From the NCBI RefSeq assembly GCF_006345805.1, contig NC_043001.1, forward strand, positions 107,260,001 to 107,324,000: a stretch of DNA of 64,000 bases, in the 5' to 3' direction. Numbering within the stretch: position 1 is the stretch's first letter; every line of letters begins with the position of its first letter. The notes beneath the pieces were generated by a model. It had not been told where the DNA came from and did not search any database. It was given only the letters and a program-made list of their open reading frames with translations. Shown here piece after piece: positions 47,997 to 61,167 of this stretch. The DNA is from Octopus sinensis (lineage: Eukaryota). The translations under genes were made by a program, and so were the position numbers.

Positions 47997-48037
<41 letters not shown>

Positions 48038-48041
<4 letters not shown>

Positions 48042-48319
48042 ATGTTACATTACTCAATAGTCAAGATAAAACTCTGAGTTTCAGATGCCGAAGTGGAAAT
48101 CCACAACACCATCTCTTCGGTTATCTGGCCATCTGAAAAAACGTTTTTCAGATGGCCAGATAACCGAAGAGATGGTGTCGTGATTTCCACTTCGGCATCT
48201 GAAACTCAGAGTTTTATCTTGACTATTGAGTAATGTAACATATTATTTTATAGATAATTTCCTCTATTTACATAATATTGAGGTCTCTTTCTTTCTTTTG
48301 TCATCTTACCGTTTTTACC

Positions 48320-48363
<44 letters not shown>

Positions 48364-48645
48364 ATATGTTACATTACTCAATAGTCAAGATAAAACTCTG
48401 AGTTTCAGATGCCGAAGTGGAAATCCACAACACCATCTCTTCGGTTATCTGGCCATCTGAAAAAACGTTTTTCAGATGGCCAGATAACCGAAGAGATGGT
48501 GTCGTGGATTTCCACTTCGGCATCTGAAACTCAGAGTTTTATCTTGACTATTGAGTAATGTAACATATTATTTTATAGATAATTTCCTCTATTTACATAA
48601 TATTGAGGTCTCTTTCTTTCTTTTGTCATCTTACCGTTTTTACCA
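48038..48645. repeat. Head-to-tail dimer of a ~325-bp unit, each containing a ~210-bp near-perfect palindrome
   Basis: Palindromes at 48038-48247 and 48360-48572 centred on GAAAAAACGTTTTTC; one arm mismatch is shared by both units; identical ~75-bp unique tails; (TA)n spacer. Confidence 0.95.
48483..48543 (+). ncRNA. Variant type I hammerhead-like motif (also at 48159-48218 and mirrored on the minus strand in each palindrome)
   Basis: GATAA-CCGAAGA-GATG...CATC-T-GAAAC-TCAGA-GTT-TTATC: 5-bp stem I, 4-bp stem II, stem III ACTC(A)GAGT. It deviates from consensus by U4C and an extra U before GAAA. Confidence 0.45.
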
Positions 48646-48650
48646 ATATA

Positions 48651-48701
<51 letters not shown>

Positions 48702-48967
48702 ACAATCAGTTGTTCATAAATCCGACAAAAGACGCACACTCTAATAGTTTTTATGAACAATAATATTTTATGTAACCGTTGTTTTGTTTATGACCAGAAA
48801 GTACCCATTGGTTTCGCGTCTATTATAGCTCTTAACATGTTTTGGCGACGCTTCAGGCCCGCTCACCAGTAGCACATAACCTCTTTATTAATGGAGGTAA
48901 AAAGCTAGTCTTGGTCAGCATGATGGTGAATAAACCCTTGACTGGACATAACCAACGATTACATAAA

Positions 48968-48998
<31 letters not shown>

Positions 48999-49922
48999 CT
49001 TTGTGTCTTTATTTGTCTCCCACTAACGCTTTACCACCGGTGTTGGTGGGTTTACTTCCCCGTAATCTAGCGGTTCGGTAAAAGACACCGATAGAATAAG
49101 TACTAGGTTTATATTTTAAAAAACAGTGCTGCGGGTGATTCGTGTGACTAAAATTCTTCAAAGCAGTGCCCCAGCATGGCCGCAGCTTAATAACCAAAGC
49201 AAGTAAAATAAAAGACAAAACAAAATGAAATAAATGCAAGCCGTGCCGAAAATCTGAAACTTTTAATCTACGTCTTTCATTTCGCGGTATACAGCGAAAT
49301 TCTAAAATACTGTGGCGAAATTTGATTTCATAATTCGTGACAGACGTTGCCATCTTTCATATCTCATTCTTTTTATTCTGTCTTTTACGTGTTTTAATCA
49401 CTTGACTGCAGTCTCGTTCGGGTACTGCGTTGAAGATATTGATCCGAACGAATCGACTCCAGGGCTTATTCTATTACTTTTTATAAAGCTTAGTTCTTAC
49501 TTTCTCGGTCTCTTTCGCTGTTTTTCCGAACTTTTAAAGTACAGAAACTTAAAAACACCACCATCGGTCGTCACGCGATGGTGGAGGACAAACACAAACA
49601 CACGCACACACACACACACATACAGACACACACGCACACACTGTATATATAGGAACAGGGCCGGATTAAGACCCATCGATGCCCTAAGCACTTTGGTGCC
49701 CCCATAAAAGATTATGTAATTTAAAATATACACAATAGCAAACCATAGAAGAAAGCTTCATTTTTCACAACAAAACAAAACAATAAGAGGGAAAATAACG
49801 TCTGTTTTTGTACACTTCTACTTTATTTATTTTTGAAAAGTTTCCTCCTACTTTTTTGAATTGCAAAATTAATCTTAGGTAACACATCAGCATCTATACT
49901 TAGAAGAGATAAAGGCATCCTG

Positions 49923-50476
49923 AATATTCTTTTCTACTCTAGGCACAATACCTGAAATTTTTTGGGAGGGGCCAGTTGCGTACTGGGGCAGATTAGATTT
50001 GCTCCAGTACGCAACTGGTACTTAATTTATCGACCCCGAAAGGATGAAAGGCAAAGTCGACCTTGGCGGAATTTGAACTCAGAACCTAAAGACAGATGAC
50101 ATACCTATTTCTTTACTACCCACAGGGAAAAACAAGGACAGACAAACTGATTAAGTCGATTATATCGACCTCAGTGCGTAATTTAATCGACCCCGAAAGG
50201 ATGAAAGGCAAAGTCGACCTCGGCGGAATTTGAACTCAGAACGTAGCGGCAGACGAAATACCTATTTCTTTACTAGCCACAAGGGGCTAAACACAGAGAG
50301 GACAAACAAGGACAGACAAACGGATTAAGTCGGCTATATCAACCCCAGTGCGTAACTGGTACTTATTTAATCAACCCCGAAAGGATGAAAGGCAAAGTCG
50401 ACCACGGCGGAATTTGAACTCAGAACATAAAGACAGATGAAATACCTACTTTTTTACTACCCACAAGGGGCTAAAC
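49923..50476 (-). mobile_element. SINE family 2 concatemer (B-B-B-A)
   Basis: Three consecutive GTTCAAATTCCGCC units joined at ...AAAGAAATA|GGTATTTC... (about 50101, 50261, 50445). Confidence 0.85.
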
Positions 50477-50766
50477 GGCTTTCTTTCAAAGGTGTATATT
50501 CCGAGTGTGTTAGGTGTGCAAATTTATTATAAATATTACTCATTAATTTAATAACAAATCTTGGCGGAAAACTTTTGTTACAATCCTGCTTGGAATTTAG
50601 TGGCATTGGGTGTGACAACACGCCCACTACACCAACCATCATACGCCACTGAAAGAAACCGTCTGTGTCTGTTTCTCTGTACCATAGCCACTCAAAAGTT
50701 TTGTGAAAGCCTAAGGCTATATCGAAGACACTTGCTCAAGATACCATGCAGTGGAGTTGACCCCAG

Positions 50767-51178
50767 GGTACTTTTTGGTTATCTCACCCCCATTAAAAAA
50801 TTGCCATTAAAAACCGGGTTATCTCCCCACTAAAAAGTTGAGCTTATGTGGCGACAAGAGATTGGATTACGAGAGTTAGATTCTTTTGCTTCAACACTTC
50901 AACACATTGTTGACGTTTGGCCTCCTCAATAGGAATGCTATGATTCATTAAAAAATGTTATAAGATTGAATAAGATGCTTAATCTTCTCAGCTTTCCTTT
51001 TTATTTTTTTTCCGCTTTCATGTTTATTAATTTTTCCATTCTTTTCTTTCTTTTATTGATGGTTAAACAATTTTTTTTAGATGGGGAAGCTAACCAAAAT
51101 TAACGATATTTTTCATAAAACGGGGGGGGGGGGAAATAACCCAATTTTTTAATGACGGTGAGATAACCAAAACGTACC
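50767..51178 (+). mobile_element. Merlin-superfamily MITE inserted into a family 1 SINE
   Basis: TIRs GGTACTTTTTGGTTATCTCACC / GGTGAGATAACCAAAACGTACC; 8-bp TSD GACCCCAG (50759-50766, 51179-51186); subterminal repeats; interior 50837-50932 encodes ELMWRQEIG..DSFASTLQHIVDVWP*, like the Merlin transposase C-terminus. Confidence 0.85.
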
Positions 51179-51419
51179 GACCCCAGAACCATGTGGATGG
51201 GAAGTAAACTTCTTAACCACACTGCCACATCCGTCTTAACCCCACTGTTACACCTGTAACAATGCAATTTTATTCAGAAGTGGCTTTGATTTATCATCTC
51301 AAACCTCATAACTTTTCTCGTTCTCACAGTTTCCTCGTCAGACTGGCACCGTCAATATGTAAGGATGTTGTGAGTGTATGTAATATGCCTGCCTGTGTCT
51401 GTGTGAGCGTATCCAAGAG

Positions 51420-51528
51420 AACGAGCGAGCTAGAGAGAGAGAGAGAGAGGGGGGGGAGAGAGAGAGAGGGGAGAGAGAGACAGATAGATAGATAGGTAGA
51501 TAGATAAATAGATAGGTAGATATATAGG

Positions 51529-51600
<72 letters not shown>

Positions 51601-51616
51601 CAGATAGATAGATAGG

Positions 51617-51670
<54 letters not shown>

Positions 51671-51739
51671 TGTAGGTAGATAGATAGATGGATAAATAGA
51701 TAGATATATAGATAGATAGATAAATAGGTGGATAAGTAA

Positions 51740-51801
<62 letters not shown>

Positions 51802-51830
51802 AGTGTGTGTGTGTGTGTGTGTGTGTGTAA
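51420..51830. repeat. (GA)n-(GATA)n-(GA)n-(GT)n compound microsatellite
   Basis: Directly visible. Confidence 0.95.
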
Positions 51831-53166
51831 TGAGTGTAATGAAAACTAGCTAAGGCATGAGGGAATTTGTTCACATATATCGACATATATAGGTTAGATA
51901 GACAAATAGGATGCATAGGTAGATACAGAGGCTAAGTAAATTGATCGATAAATAAATTAACTGAAAAGATAGACAGCTAGGTGTGGCAAAGTTAGAATAT
52001 GTAGCGTAAAGAGCCATGGTGAAACATATTTTGATGAATGCTTTGTATACATTAACTAGGGCCAAGTTAGCAGCATAGCAGGCAAGCAGGTGGGTAAATA
52101 GGTAGATAGGTATGCATGTAGGTGGCTAGATCAAGTGGCATGTTTGGTAAAGGAGAGGTAGGTGATGGCTTATAATACGTATGTAGAATGTGATATATGG
52201 CTAGCAACAGGCAGTGGTGACAAACGGATATAAATCGACAAGTAAAGAAAGAGGGACTGAGACAGATTGATTGGTGTAGAGACAGTGAGTAAAACATCCC
52301 GCATATACTTAACTGTTCAGGGGGAAATATGTGAAGAGGGAAGATACGAATAAGATAGAGAGATGAAGGGGAGAAGAGCGCGTGAGAGGTGGAGGTAGTA
52401 AAAAAAGGAAGTAGTAAAAGGAGGGAGATAGAACGAAAGGGAGAGAGAGAAAGAGGGAGAGAGAGAGAGAATGAGAAAGAGAGTAAGGAAAAAAGGAATA
52501 ACATGTTTTATCATGTTTCATATCTTTACAAAGTCTCTAAGTAGGACATGTTTTGCCAAGCAAAGGAATTAAATAAATTGATAAATAAAATATATAAATA
52601 AAATATATAAATAAAATATATAAATAAAATAATATAAAATAAATAAAATAAATAAAATAAATAAGCAAAACTAAGTTCTAAAGCTGAAAAATTCGAACTT
52701 CTGTCTAAACAATTGGAAATACTAACCAGTTAGATACATATAGCCATACATACATACATACATACATACATACATACATACATACATACATGCATACATG
52801 CATACATTATACAAACAACAATATAACTGAGAAGCCAGACACGAAACAATTTTTAAGATAGACAAAATGGCTGTAATCACTTATTTTTTACCATTGATAC
52901 GGCCAAATCCTTTTATCCTGGGGTTTTACGTGCCGCACCCAAGCTTCTGGCATGTTACCTCATTTTATTTCTTTTTCCCTTTCTCTATTGTTGTTATTGG
53001 TTATTACAATAAAAGTTAAATACACTTTCATCCGCTCCGTACTCGTTCTACTACTTTAATATATTTGTGAAAAACTGTCGAATATTCTCGGTTTAGAATT
53101 TTAGTGCTGCTTCGATACACAGACACACTAACTTCCCACTGGTGCACGCTCGTACACATGCTGCTC

Positions 53167-53298
<132 letters not shown>

Positions 53299-53384
53299 AT
53301 CCAAGAATCTGTCTATTTCTTTGTCAGCCTGTCTCTCCCTCCCTCCCCCCATCTCTCTTTATATATATATATATATGCATACAC

Positions 53385-53436
<52 letters not shown>

Positions 53437-53519
53437 TATATATCGCCATGTTGATTCGTTAGCTACTGCACGCATTTTTTTTTTTTTTTTTCTCTCCTTC
53501 TTTCTGTGTTTTTCTCTCT

Positions 53520-53660
53520 CTGTGTATCTTTCTGTTGAAGAGCGTAGGCTCGAAACGTTAAAGACTTGTTTTATTTATATTTCCTGAGCGCCATACTAAT
53601 ACAATTGTTCGTTTGTTTTCCACCTGCCTTCGTCTTTTGTTTATTTTCATAAAGCTTCCC
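53520..53660 (+). mobile_element. Penelope-like short repeat with degenerate hammerhead (CTGTTGA core)
   Basis: TCTTT-CTGTTGA-A-GAGC(GTAG)GCTC-GAAAC-GTT-AAAGA. Confidence 0.6.
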
Positions 53661-53662
53661 GT

Positions 53663-53699
<37 letters not shown>

Positions 53700-53704
<5 letters not shown>

Positions 53705-54110
53705 CTTTACTCTTGTTTCAGTCATTTGACTGCGGCCATGCTGGAGCACCGCCTTTAGTCGAGCAAATCGACCCCGGGACTTATTCTTTTGTAAGCCCAG
53801 TACTTATTCTATCGGTCTCTTTTGCCGAAGCGCTAAGTGACGGGGACGTAGACACACCAGCATCGGTTTTCAAGCAATGCTAGGGGGACAAACACAGACA
53901 CACTAACACACACACACACACACACTTATATATATATACATATATACGACAGGCTTCTTTCAGTTTCCGTCTACCAAATCCACTCAAAAGGCATTGGTCG
54001 GCCCGGGGCTATAGCAGAATACACTTGTCCAAGATGCCACGCAGTGGGACTGAACCCGGAACCATGTGGTTGGTTAGTAAGCTACTTACCACACAGCCAC
54101 TCCTGCGCCT
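53700..54110 (-). mobile_element. SINE family 1, full length
   Basis: Near-identical to 21894-22298 in reverse orientation. Confidence 0.9.
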
Positions 54111-54142
54111 ATAATATATATATATATATACACACACATACA

Positions 54143-54525
54143 AGCGCAGACGTGGCTGTGTGATAAGAAGCTTACTTCCCAACCACATAGTTGCAGGTTC
54201 AGTCTCACTGCGTAGCAACTTGGGCAAGTGTCTTCTGCAGCAGCTTCAGACCGATCAAAGCCTTCTGGGTGGATTTGTTAGATGGAAACTGAAAGAAGCC
54301 CGTTGTATATTTGTGTGCCCGTGTATTTGTATGTGTGTCTGTGTGTCTTTGTGTTTGTATTTGTTCCCTTACCATCGCTTGACCGATAGCATTAGTACTA
54401 GGCTTACAAAGAATGTGTTCTGGGGTTGATTTCTTCGAGTAAACAACACTTTAAATTAGTGCTCCAGCATGGACACAATCAAAATGACTGAAAAAATGTA
54501 AGAGAATAAAAGTAAGAATAAAAGA
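54143..54525 (+). mobile_element. SINE family 1, diverged
   Basis: Head, CORE-like motif and tail are recognisable; it lies head-to-head with 53700-54110. Confidence 0.75.
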
Positions 54526-55205
54526 ATATGTATGTATGTGTGTGTTTGTACAATTAATGTTCAAGCGCTGGGTATATTCCTAGTAGTAAGTGGATAAAGC
54601 ACGATCTCTGACTAACCCTAACTCTATGGCTATGGCTACCTGAGATCATCTACGGTAATCACACAGAGTTGTCGTTGGCTCTACCTCGGAAATTCTTCAG
54701 TGTACGTTGAGCACAAAACAAATGACAGAGACGGAAATGAAATACACGGAAAACTTAATTTCTCACTACGATTGCGAGGACTTGAAGCAGGATGTGTCTA
54801 AACCAACGATTTTTTTGAGCAATAAAGTTTCCCGTAGATTGCATTTTCCGTCTCTATCATAACAGAAAACAAATGACGAAGACAGGTGTATAAACAACAA
54901 TCAGGTGTATTAGTTTAACGCTCGGGAAGGTGAGAAAGTCTTTTATGTTTCGAGCCTACGCTCTTCAGCAGAAAGGAACACGAGGTATTAAATAGGGAAA
55001 TAATGAAAAAAGAAAAAACTTTTGGAGCTAGCGGTCAATCATGGCGGCTGGCTGGATGAAGGTTGTTAGACAGGAGAGCTAGGAAGAACAGGAGATAATA
55101 AAGTTATATATATAGCCAACATAAACCCAACAACCCAAACACCCACCCACCAACACACAAACAGACATACACACAATCACTCAGACACATTTAAGTATGG
55201 GGTGG

Positions 55206-55236
<31 letters not shown>

Positions 55237-55260
55237 CATACATGCATACATACATACATA

Positions 55261-56464
55261 CAAGGGTTGGACAAAATGATGGAAACACCTAAAAATTTCA
55301 AACAAATTTATTTTAATATGGGGTAGGACTGCCTTTGACAATAGTTACAGCTTGAATTCTACGAGGTATGGACACGTGCAAAGTTTGAATTGTTTCCAAA
55401 TGAATTTTTGTCCATTCTTCAGCTAAAACAGTCTGCAGTTCTTATAGTGATGATGGTGGAGGATATCGACTCCTTACTTGTTTTTCTAAAATGCACCATA
55501 AATGTTCAATAATATTCGGATCTGGGGACTGTTGTGGCCAGATAAGAACTTGGTGCACTATCATCCTGAAAGATTGCGTTTTCCCCCGGAAACAGTTTCG
55601 CAACCATAGGATGAATTTGATCACATAAAATATTTTAATAGTCTTGACTATTAATTCTGTCATGAAGGGATATCATTAGGCCAACGGATTTCCAAGATAT
55701 AGCCCCCACACATCATCACAGATCATCCGCCATGTTTTACAGCTGGAAGGGTGCAGACTGGCTCAAATGCTTCTTTTGACTCTCTCCACACGTATACTCG
55801 GCCAGTGATCGGAAATAAGTAAAGGAGGACTCGTCCGAGAAAATAACATTCTTCCACTGCTCTAGGGACCAATTCTGTAGTTGTTTACTCCACTCTAAAC
55901 GCTTTGTAACATTTGTTTTCGAAAGTAGTGGTTTTCTGATTGCAGCCTTCCCATGAAATCCGGTTTTGTGAAGCTCCTGACGAACAGTTTTTAAGGAAAC
56001 TGGGTTCTCGAGGTGGCCATTATGCTCCACAGTAATTTAGTGAGCTGTATTTTTGTGATCCTCTGTAACAATTCACGTAAGCGTCCGACGGTCCCTATCT
56101 GAAAGTTTTGGTTTTCTTCCGGAGTTTTGTTTTAACGAGGGGGTTTTTCGCTCTTTCTCTTTGTCATTACTTTCGATAGAGTACTTCTTGATAACCAAAC
56201 ATTTCGGCTGTTTTCGTTACGCCATACTAGCACCAACAATTTGACCTCCTTGAAAGTCCGATACACCTGTCATTTTAATGAATTTTAATTACCTTTTTCT
56301 GATGATATCTGAAAAGAAATAGCAATTTTAGCAAAACATATTCAGCAACACTAATAATAAATAAAAAAACATAAAAATAAACAAGCTTTTGACGGTTTTA
56401 TAGATATTTCAGAATTATGATGCTATAATGCTAGGAGTGTTTCCATTATTTTGTCCAACCCCTG
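55261..56464 (-). mobile_element. Tc1-like DNA transposon, near full length, pseudogenised transposase
   Basis: TIRs CAAGGGTTGGACAAAATGATGGAAACAC / GTGTTTCCATTATTTTGTCCAACCCCTG; left TA, right TG. Transposase pieces are TVRQELHK.GFHG..A.RKPLL, W..V.FSDES, IFQDDSAP and WPQQSPDPNIIEHLW. There is an internal deletion and frameshifts. Confidence 0.92.
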
Positions 56465-56469
56465 TGTGA

Positions 56470-56573
<104 letters not shown>

Positions 56574-56583
56574 TATAATATAT

Positions 56584-56634
<51 letters not shown>

Positions 56635-57008
56635 ATAGAGTAAACTTACATAACATGGACGCAAACAATTAGAGGGTAGAAGGTGTTGTAAGTCCGACAG
56701 CTGTTTCTGATGGCTCGGAGTTACTTCATAATATTAGCAGATGTAGTTCATCAAAAATTTGCAGCCAGTAAGAGAAGAAAATAAACACTGGTAAAATCCC
56801 GAGCCTCCTTCATCTGGGTAGATAGATAAGAGCCTTCAGGACGTGTGATCTTCAATTTATAGTAATAATTATTATGATACTTTTTCACTTCCCTTTCACT
56901 TTTCTCGGGAATTGCAGCTATCATTGTTGTAGCTGTTGGTTTTGTTATGGCTGTTGCAAACATTTCGATCAACTCTGATAGCGCATACTTTTGAAGGGTT
57001 ATACTGAA

Positions 57009-57052
<44 letters not shown>

Positions 57053-57403
57053 TATTATTATTATTATTATTGTTGTTGTTGTTGTTGTTTTGTTGTTTTT
57101 GTTGTTGTTGTTGTATTTAGGAATGGTCATGTTGCCAGTTTAGCCAATACAAAGACACACTCACTATATATTTGGTGTTACTTTACTTCAGCGTTATTTA
57201 TTTTTTTACATTAATCTTAATCTTATTTCGGCCAGATTAATGTAAAAAATAAATAACGCTGAAGCAAAGTAACACCAAATATATAGTGCGTGTGTCTTTG
57301 TATTGGCTAAACTGGTAAAATGACCATTCCTAGATAAAACAATATCTGTTTCAACACACGATTTCACATCAAAAATCTTGCAAAACAAATATATAAACGT
57401 AAA

Positions 57404-57460
<57 letters not shown>

Positions 57461-57468
57461 TTATTATT

Positions 57469-57501
<33 letters not shown>

Positions 57502-57523
57502 ACTATTATTATCATTATTAGTG

Positions 57524-57574
<51 letters not shown>

Positions 57575-58077
57575 TAGAGTGAGAGAGAGAGAGCATGTCA
57601 TCAAATTTACACTGGGGTGCAAATATACGAAGTCCAATACACGCACCATGATCCCGTATCTGATAGGAGTACAAAAGACGCATGCATCACAAGTATATGT
57701 GCGCGACATGGTGATCTGATCGGGGAAAAACAGCGCACGACCTTGAAGGTGGGGCCCAGTTAGAATTTTGTTCTGGTCGAGTAGCCATCATCATCATTAT
57801 CATCATCATTTGTGTACAGCATGTAGTACATCAACTTAACCATGCAATTTCTTGCCACTGAAGCGTTTGACTTATCTCCTTTTAACTCATTATATTTTTA
57901 ATTATGTAAATCTTACTGGTCATGCATCATCAAGAATCGATTTCTTTTTTGTATTAATAAGCATCTGATAGTTAAGCTTGTTTAGACTATATATTGAAAC
58001 ATTTTCATAGTGGCTGTTTGTCTACAAACAAACAGTGTACATTATATGATGACGTTATAAATTGTGTTATATTTTTT

Positions 58078-58300
58078 ACTTTTGTCATGTAAAGTTTTAA
58101 TATCTGTTGTTAGTTTTCAACTCGATTAGAATCACAGTCTTATGGTATTGAGATTTGATGCTAAAAGACAGAACTGAAATACTAGCAACTTTTGTCATGT
58201 AAAGTTTTAATCTCTGTTGTTAGTTTTCAACTCGATGAGAATCGCAGTCTTATGGTATTGAGATTTGATGCTAAAAGACAGAACTGAAATACTAGCAACT
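58078..58300. repeat. 110-bp tandem duplication (2 copies)
   Basis: ACTTTTGTCATGTAAAG starts at 58078 and 58188, with about 3 substitutions. Confidence 0.95.
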
Positions 58301-61167
58301 TGAAAGGTGGTTCCACGACTGCATAAAACATGTTTCAGTCAACAAGTATGTGCATAGGCAGTTGTTCCAAGTTGGTGGTGGCCAATGAACGAAGGGACTT
58401 CTGACCAGAAGGGGCTTGTGATCATTCACCTCTGGTCTGAATGAGGCGAGTGGGTTCAGGAAAAATAGTTTCCTAATCGAAGGGCTTAAAGCGTTTGGGA
58501 AATCAGATGATGAAGTAGAAGATGAAGGGAAAATAATGCAGGGTCGGGAGGGAAGTGGTGCAGCCGATAGTTTATCTTGGTGAACGGTGATGTCGAGGGC
58601 AAGTTGGGTGTTGTCTGGTGCAGAGCTAAAAGTAAAACATTTAGTAGGGTTTAGTTTCAATGTTACAGTTTCAGCTGCAAAGGTATTGAATTGTTAGAAT
58701 GGGATGACGTGAATGGGTGTGAATGGTTGAGTGGATATGTGAGCAGGAGAAACCAAGAGGGTTTATAATGTTGAATGTGAAGAAGGTGTAAGGCATCGTA
58801 CAAACAGCAACAAAACGCCATCAAATCGTAGATTTCTGCCCCAAAAAGAAAGCTCACATTTATTGGATAAATGTGGTCGTTGATTTCACTACAAAATAGG
58901 TAGGATAGTAGTAGTTGGAATGTCTTTAATCGATTCTAGTTCTATTCGATCAGGTCTGATCTGAGATTAAACAATAACGTCAACAACAATATCAGTGAAA
59001 ACTCTTGCTTTTTTTTTTTTAAATCAAGCTTCTGCTCGGTCGCAACTTGCAAAAAATAACAGGAAAACTTAATTTAAAAGCACTCTATCGTTTTTGTTTT
59101 GAAATAAACGCAGTTTATTAACAACATAATGTGACATAAAACACGTATGAAAAGACTGGACAAACATAGCTAGGAGTCTACTTTGACCATCGAATCGAGG
59201 AATGTCGAAACTAAGCAACCAAAACCAACAGTAACAGCTTTTGTTCAGGGCAGTTTTCGTTTACACGGTAAATGCAAGTAAGTTTCTTTGTTTATCAGAT
59301 ATTAAGGATTAAACATGAAGAGATATCAATATATTTGATAAATAGTCTTGTCTGTTTACACATAGTCAAGTCGACTACAGTTTGTTATATAAACAAATGT
59401 AAGATTCGTTTGGGCAAAGTAAGTGTGCACGTATGCTGTACAAAGTTTGTAACCTGATTCAGCAGAAACAAAAGTAATTGAGGATCCAACTATTTCCCTT
59501 AATGAAGAGGCTTTAACTTTATTTAGAAGCGCTTTCAAAACCTGATTCTGCTTGAGAAAATAAACATCTCTGAAATTTACTTCCTTTATCAGAAAGGAAA
59601 ACGAGATGGTCACGGATCAAATAGCGGTTGAAAGATACAAAGCTTTGTTTTCAAAAGTAAACTTAGTAAAATTGAAGAAATACATATTTCAAAATACAAA
59701 ACTGGCTTCAAATTTTGGAGCAAAGCCAGAAAGTTTGGGTAAATGGAATACATCGACCCCAGTCGTTAACTAGTACTTGCTTCCTCGACCTCGAAATGAT
59801 GAAAAGCAGAAGTCTACCCTCGGCGGAATTTGAACTCAGACGGACGAAGGAGCGGCAAGTAATTTGCCTGGCGTGATAACGATTCTGCCAGCTCGCTGCA
59901 TTGTTCACAGATACAATATTAACGGCCTAAATGACCTTTATAGAATTAAAGGGAATATGGAATCACGTTAGACATTTATGTGGCCCTAATCTACGAAACA
60001 TAACCTTAACAGAGACATTGCCAAATAAAAATGACTCATAGATTAAGACAGAATCTATTGCAACAGAGCAGGCATTTAAAGTGGACATAAATCACGTATC
60101 TACTACAACGATAAGGAAAACGACAAACGAAATATCAGCAATACGGACACACATACATCTACATACGGACACATGCTACTGTTGTTATTAACAGCTATCT
60201 CACAAAGTTGCATATGTTACCTACAATAAAAAAAAAACTTCAAAAAAAAACGAGTACTTCGTCGGTTACGACGACGAGGGTTCCAGTTGATCCGATCTAC
60301 GGAACAACCTGCTCGTGAAATTAACGTGCAAGTGGCTGAGCAATCCACAGACACGTGTATCTTTAACGTAGTCCTCATGGGGGATTCAGCGTGACACAGA
60401 ATGTAACAAGACTAGTCTTTTGAATTATAGGTACTTAACCAGTTGAGCGAACTGGAGCAACGTGAAATACAGTGTTTTGCTGAAGGGCTCAACGCACTGC
60501 CAGGAATCAAACTCCCCACTTTACGATCTTAAGTCGAATACCTCAATCTCTAAAACACGCATCTTCGCTTCAACTGCAACACTTAAAAACTCCCACAAAC
60601 TTTAAAATACTCAATACTTCATGGTTTTACAGGTAACCCAAAAGTTACCATATCCAACTGAACAGCTTACACTGACATACATCTTACTCTTCAATCCGAA
60701 AGAAACTCTTCCTCAGACATTACCTTTTTCTCTACACTCCCAGAAACCGAACCTGTTTACCAACAATGACCGACACTCCTGAGTTTACCAGCTCAGTATG
60801 ACCATCGCAATAAGTACGCACGATAATAAAGAAAATAAAAACTTCAAAAATAACACAATGAAACGAGGTCCACACCAGGAAACAAATCAGGATTTTCCGG
60901 ATTTAACAACACAATCATCAACATAAAACGTGAGCTACATCTGTCCAACAAAACTATTGTAGGTGCATAAAAAAGAGACAATACTTGCTACAAATATTGC
61001 ATTAAAATATACGACCCTAATTATACATTATTAAAAGGCAAAGATCAACTACAATTCGACAACAAAATTCGAAGCTGTAACAGAACTCAGCATCAAAGAC
61101 CTAAACAAGAAAACAACAGAAACACCGAGTCATAGAAAAGTAGAAACACATAAATATATCGAATCGT

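Noticed and set aside
49663-49705. CAGGGCCGGATTAAG, hAT-like TIR
   Set aside because: No partner TIR or TSD is visible.
49923-50476. Repeat-spacer-like periodicity suggesting CRISPR
   Set aside because: The units are ~160-190-bp SINE copies with no unique spacers and no cas genes, in eukaryotic DNA.
58292-58860. Minus-strand ORFs possibly from an RT remnant
   Set aside because: No catalytic motif is recognisable and it cannot be assigned by eye.
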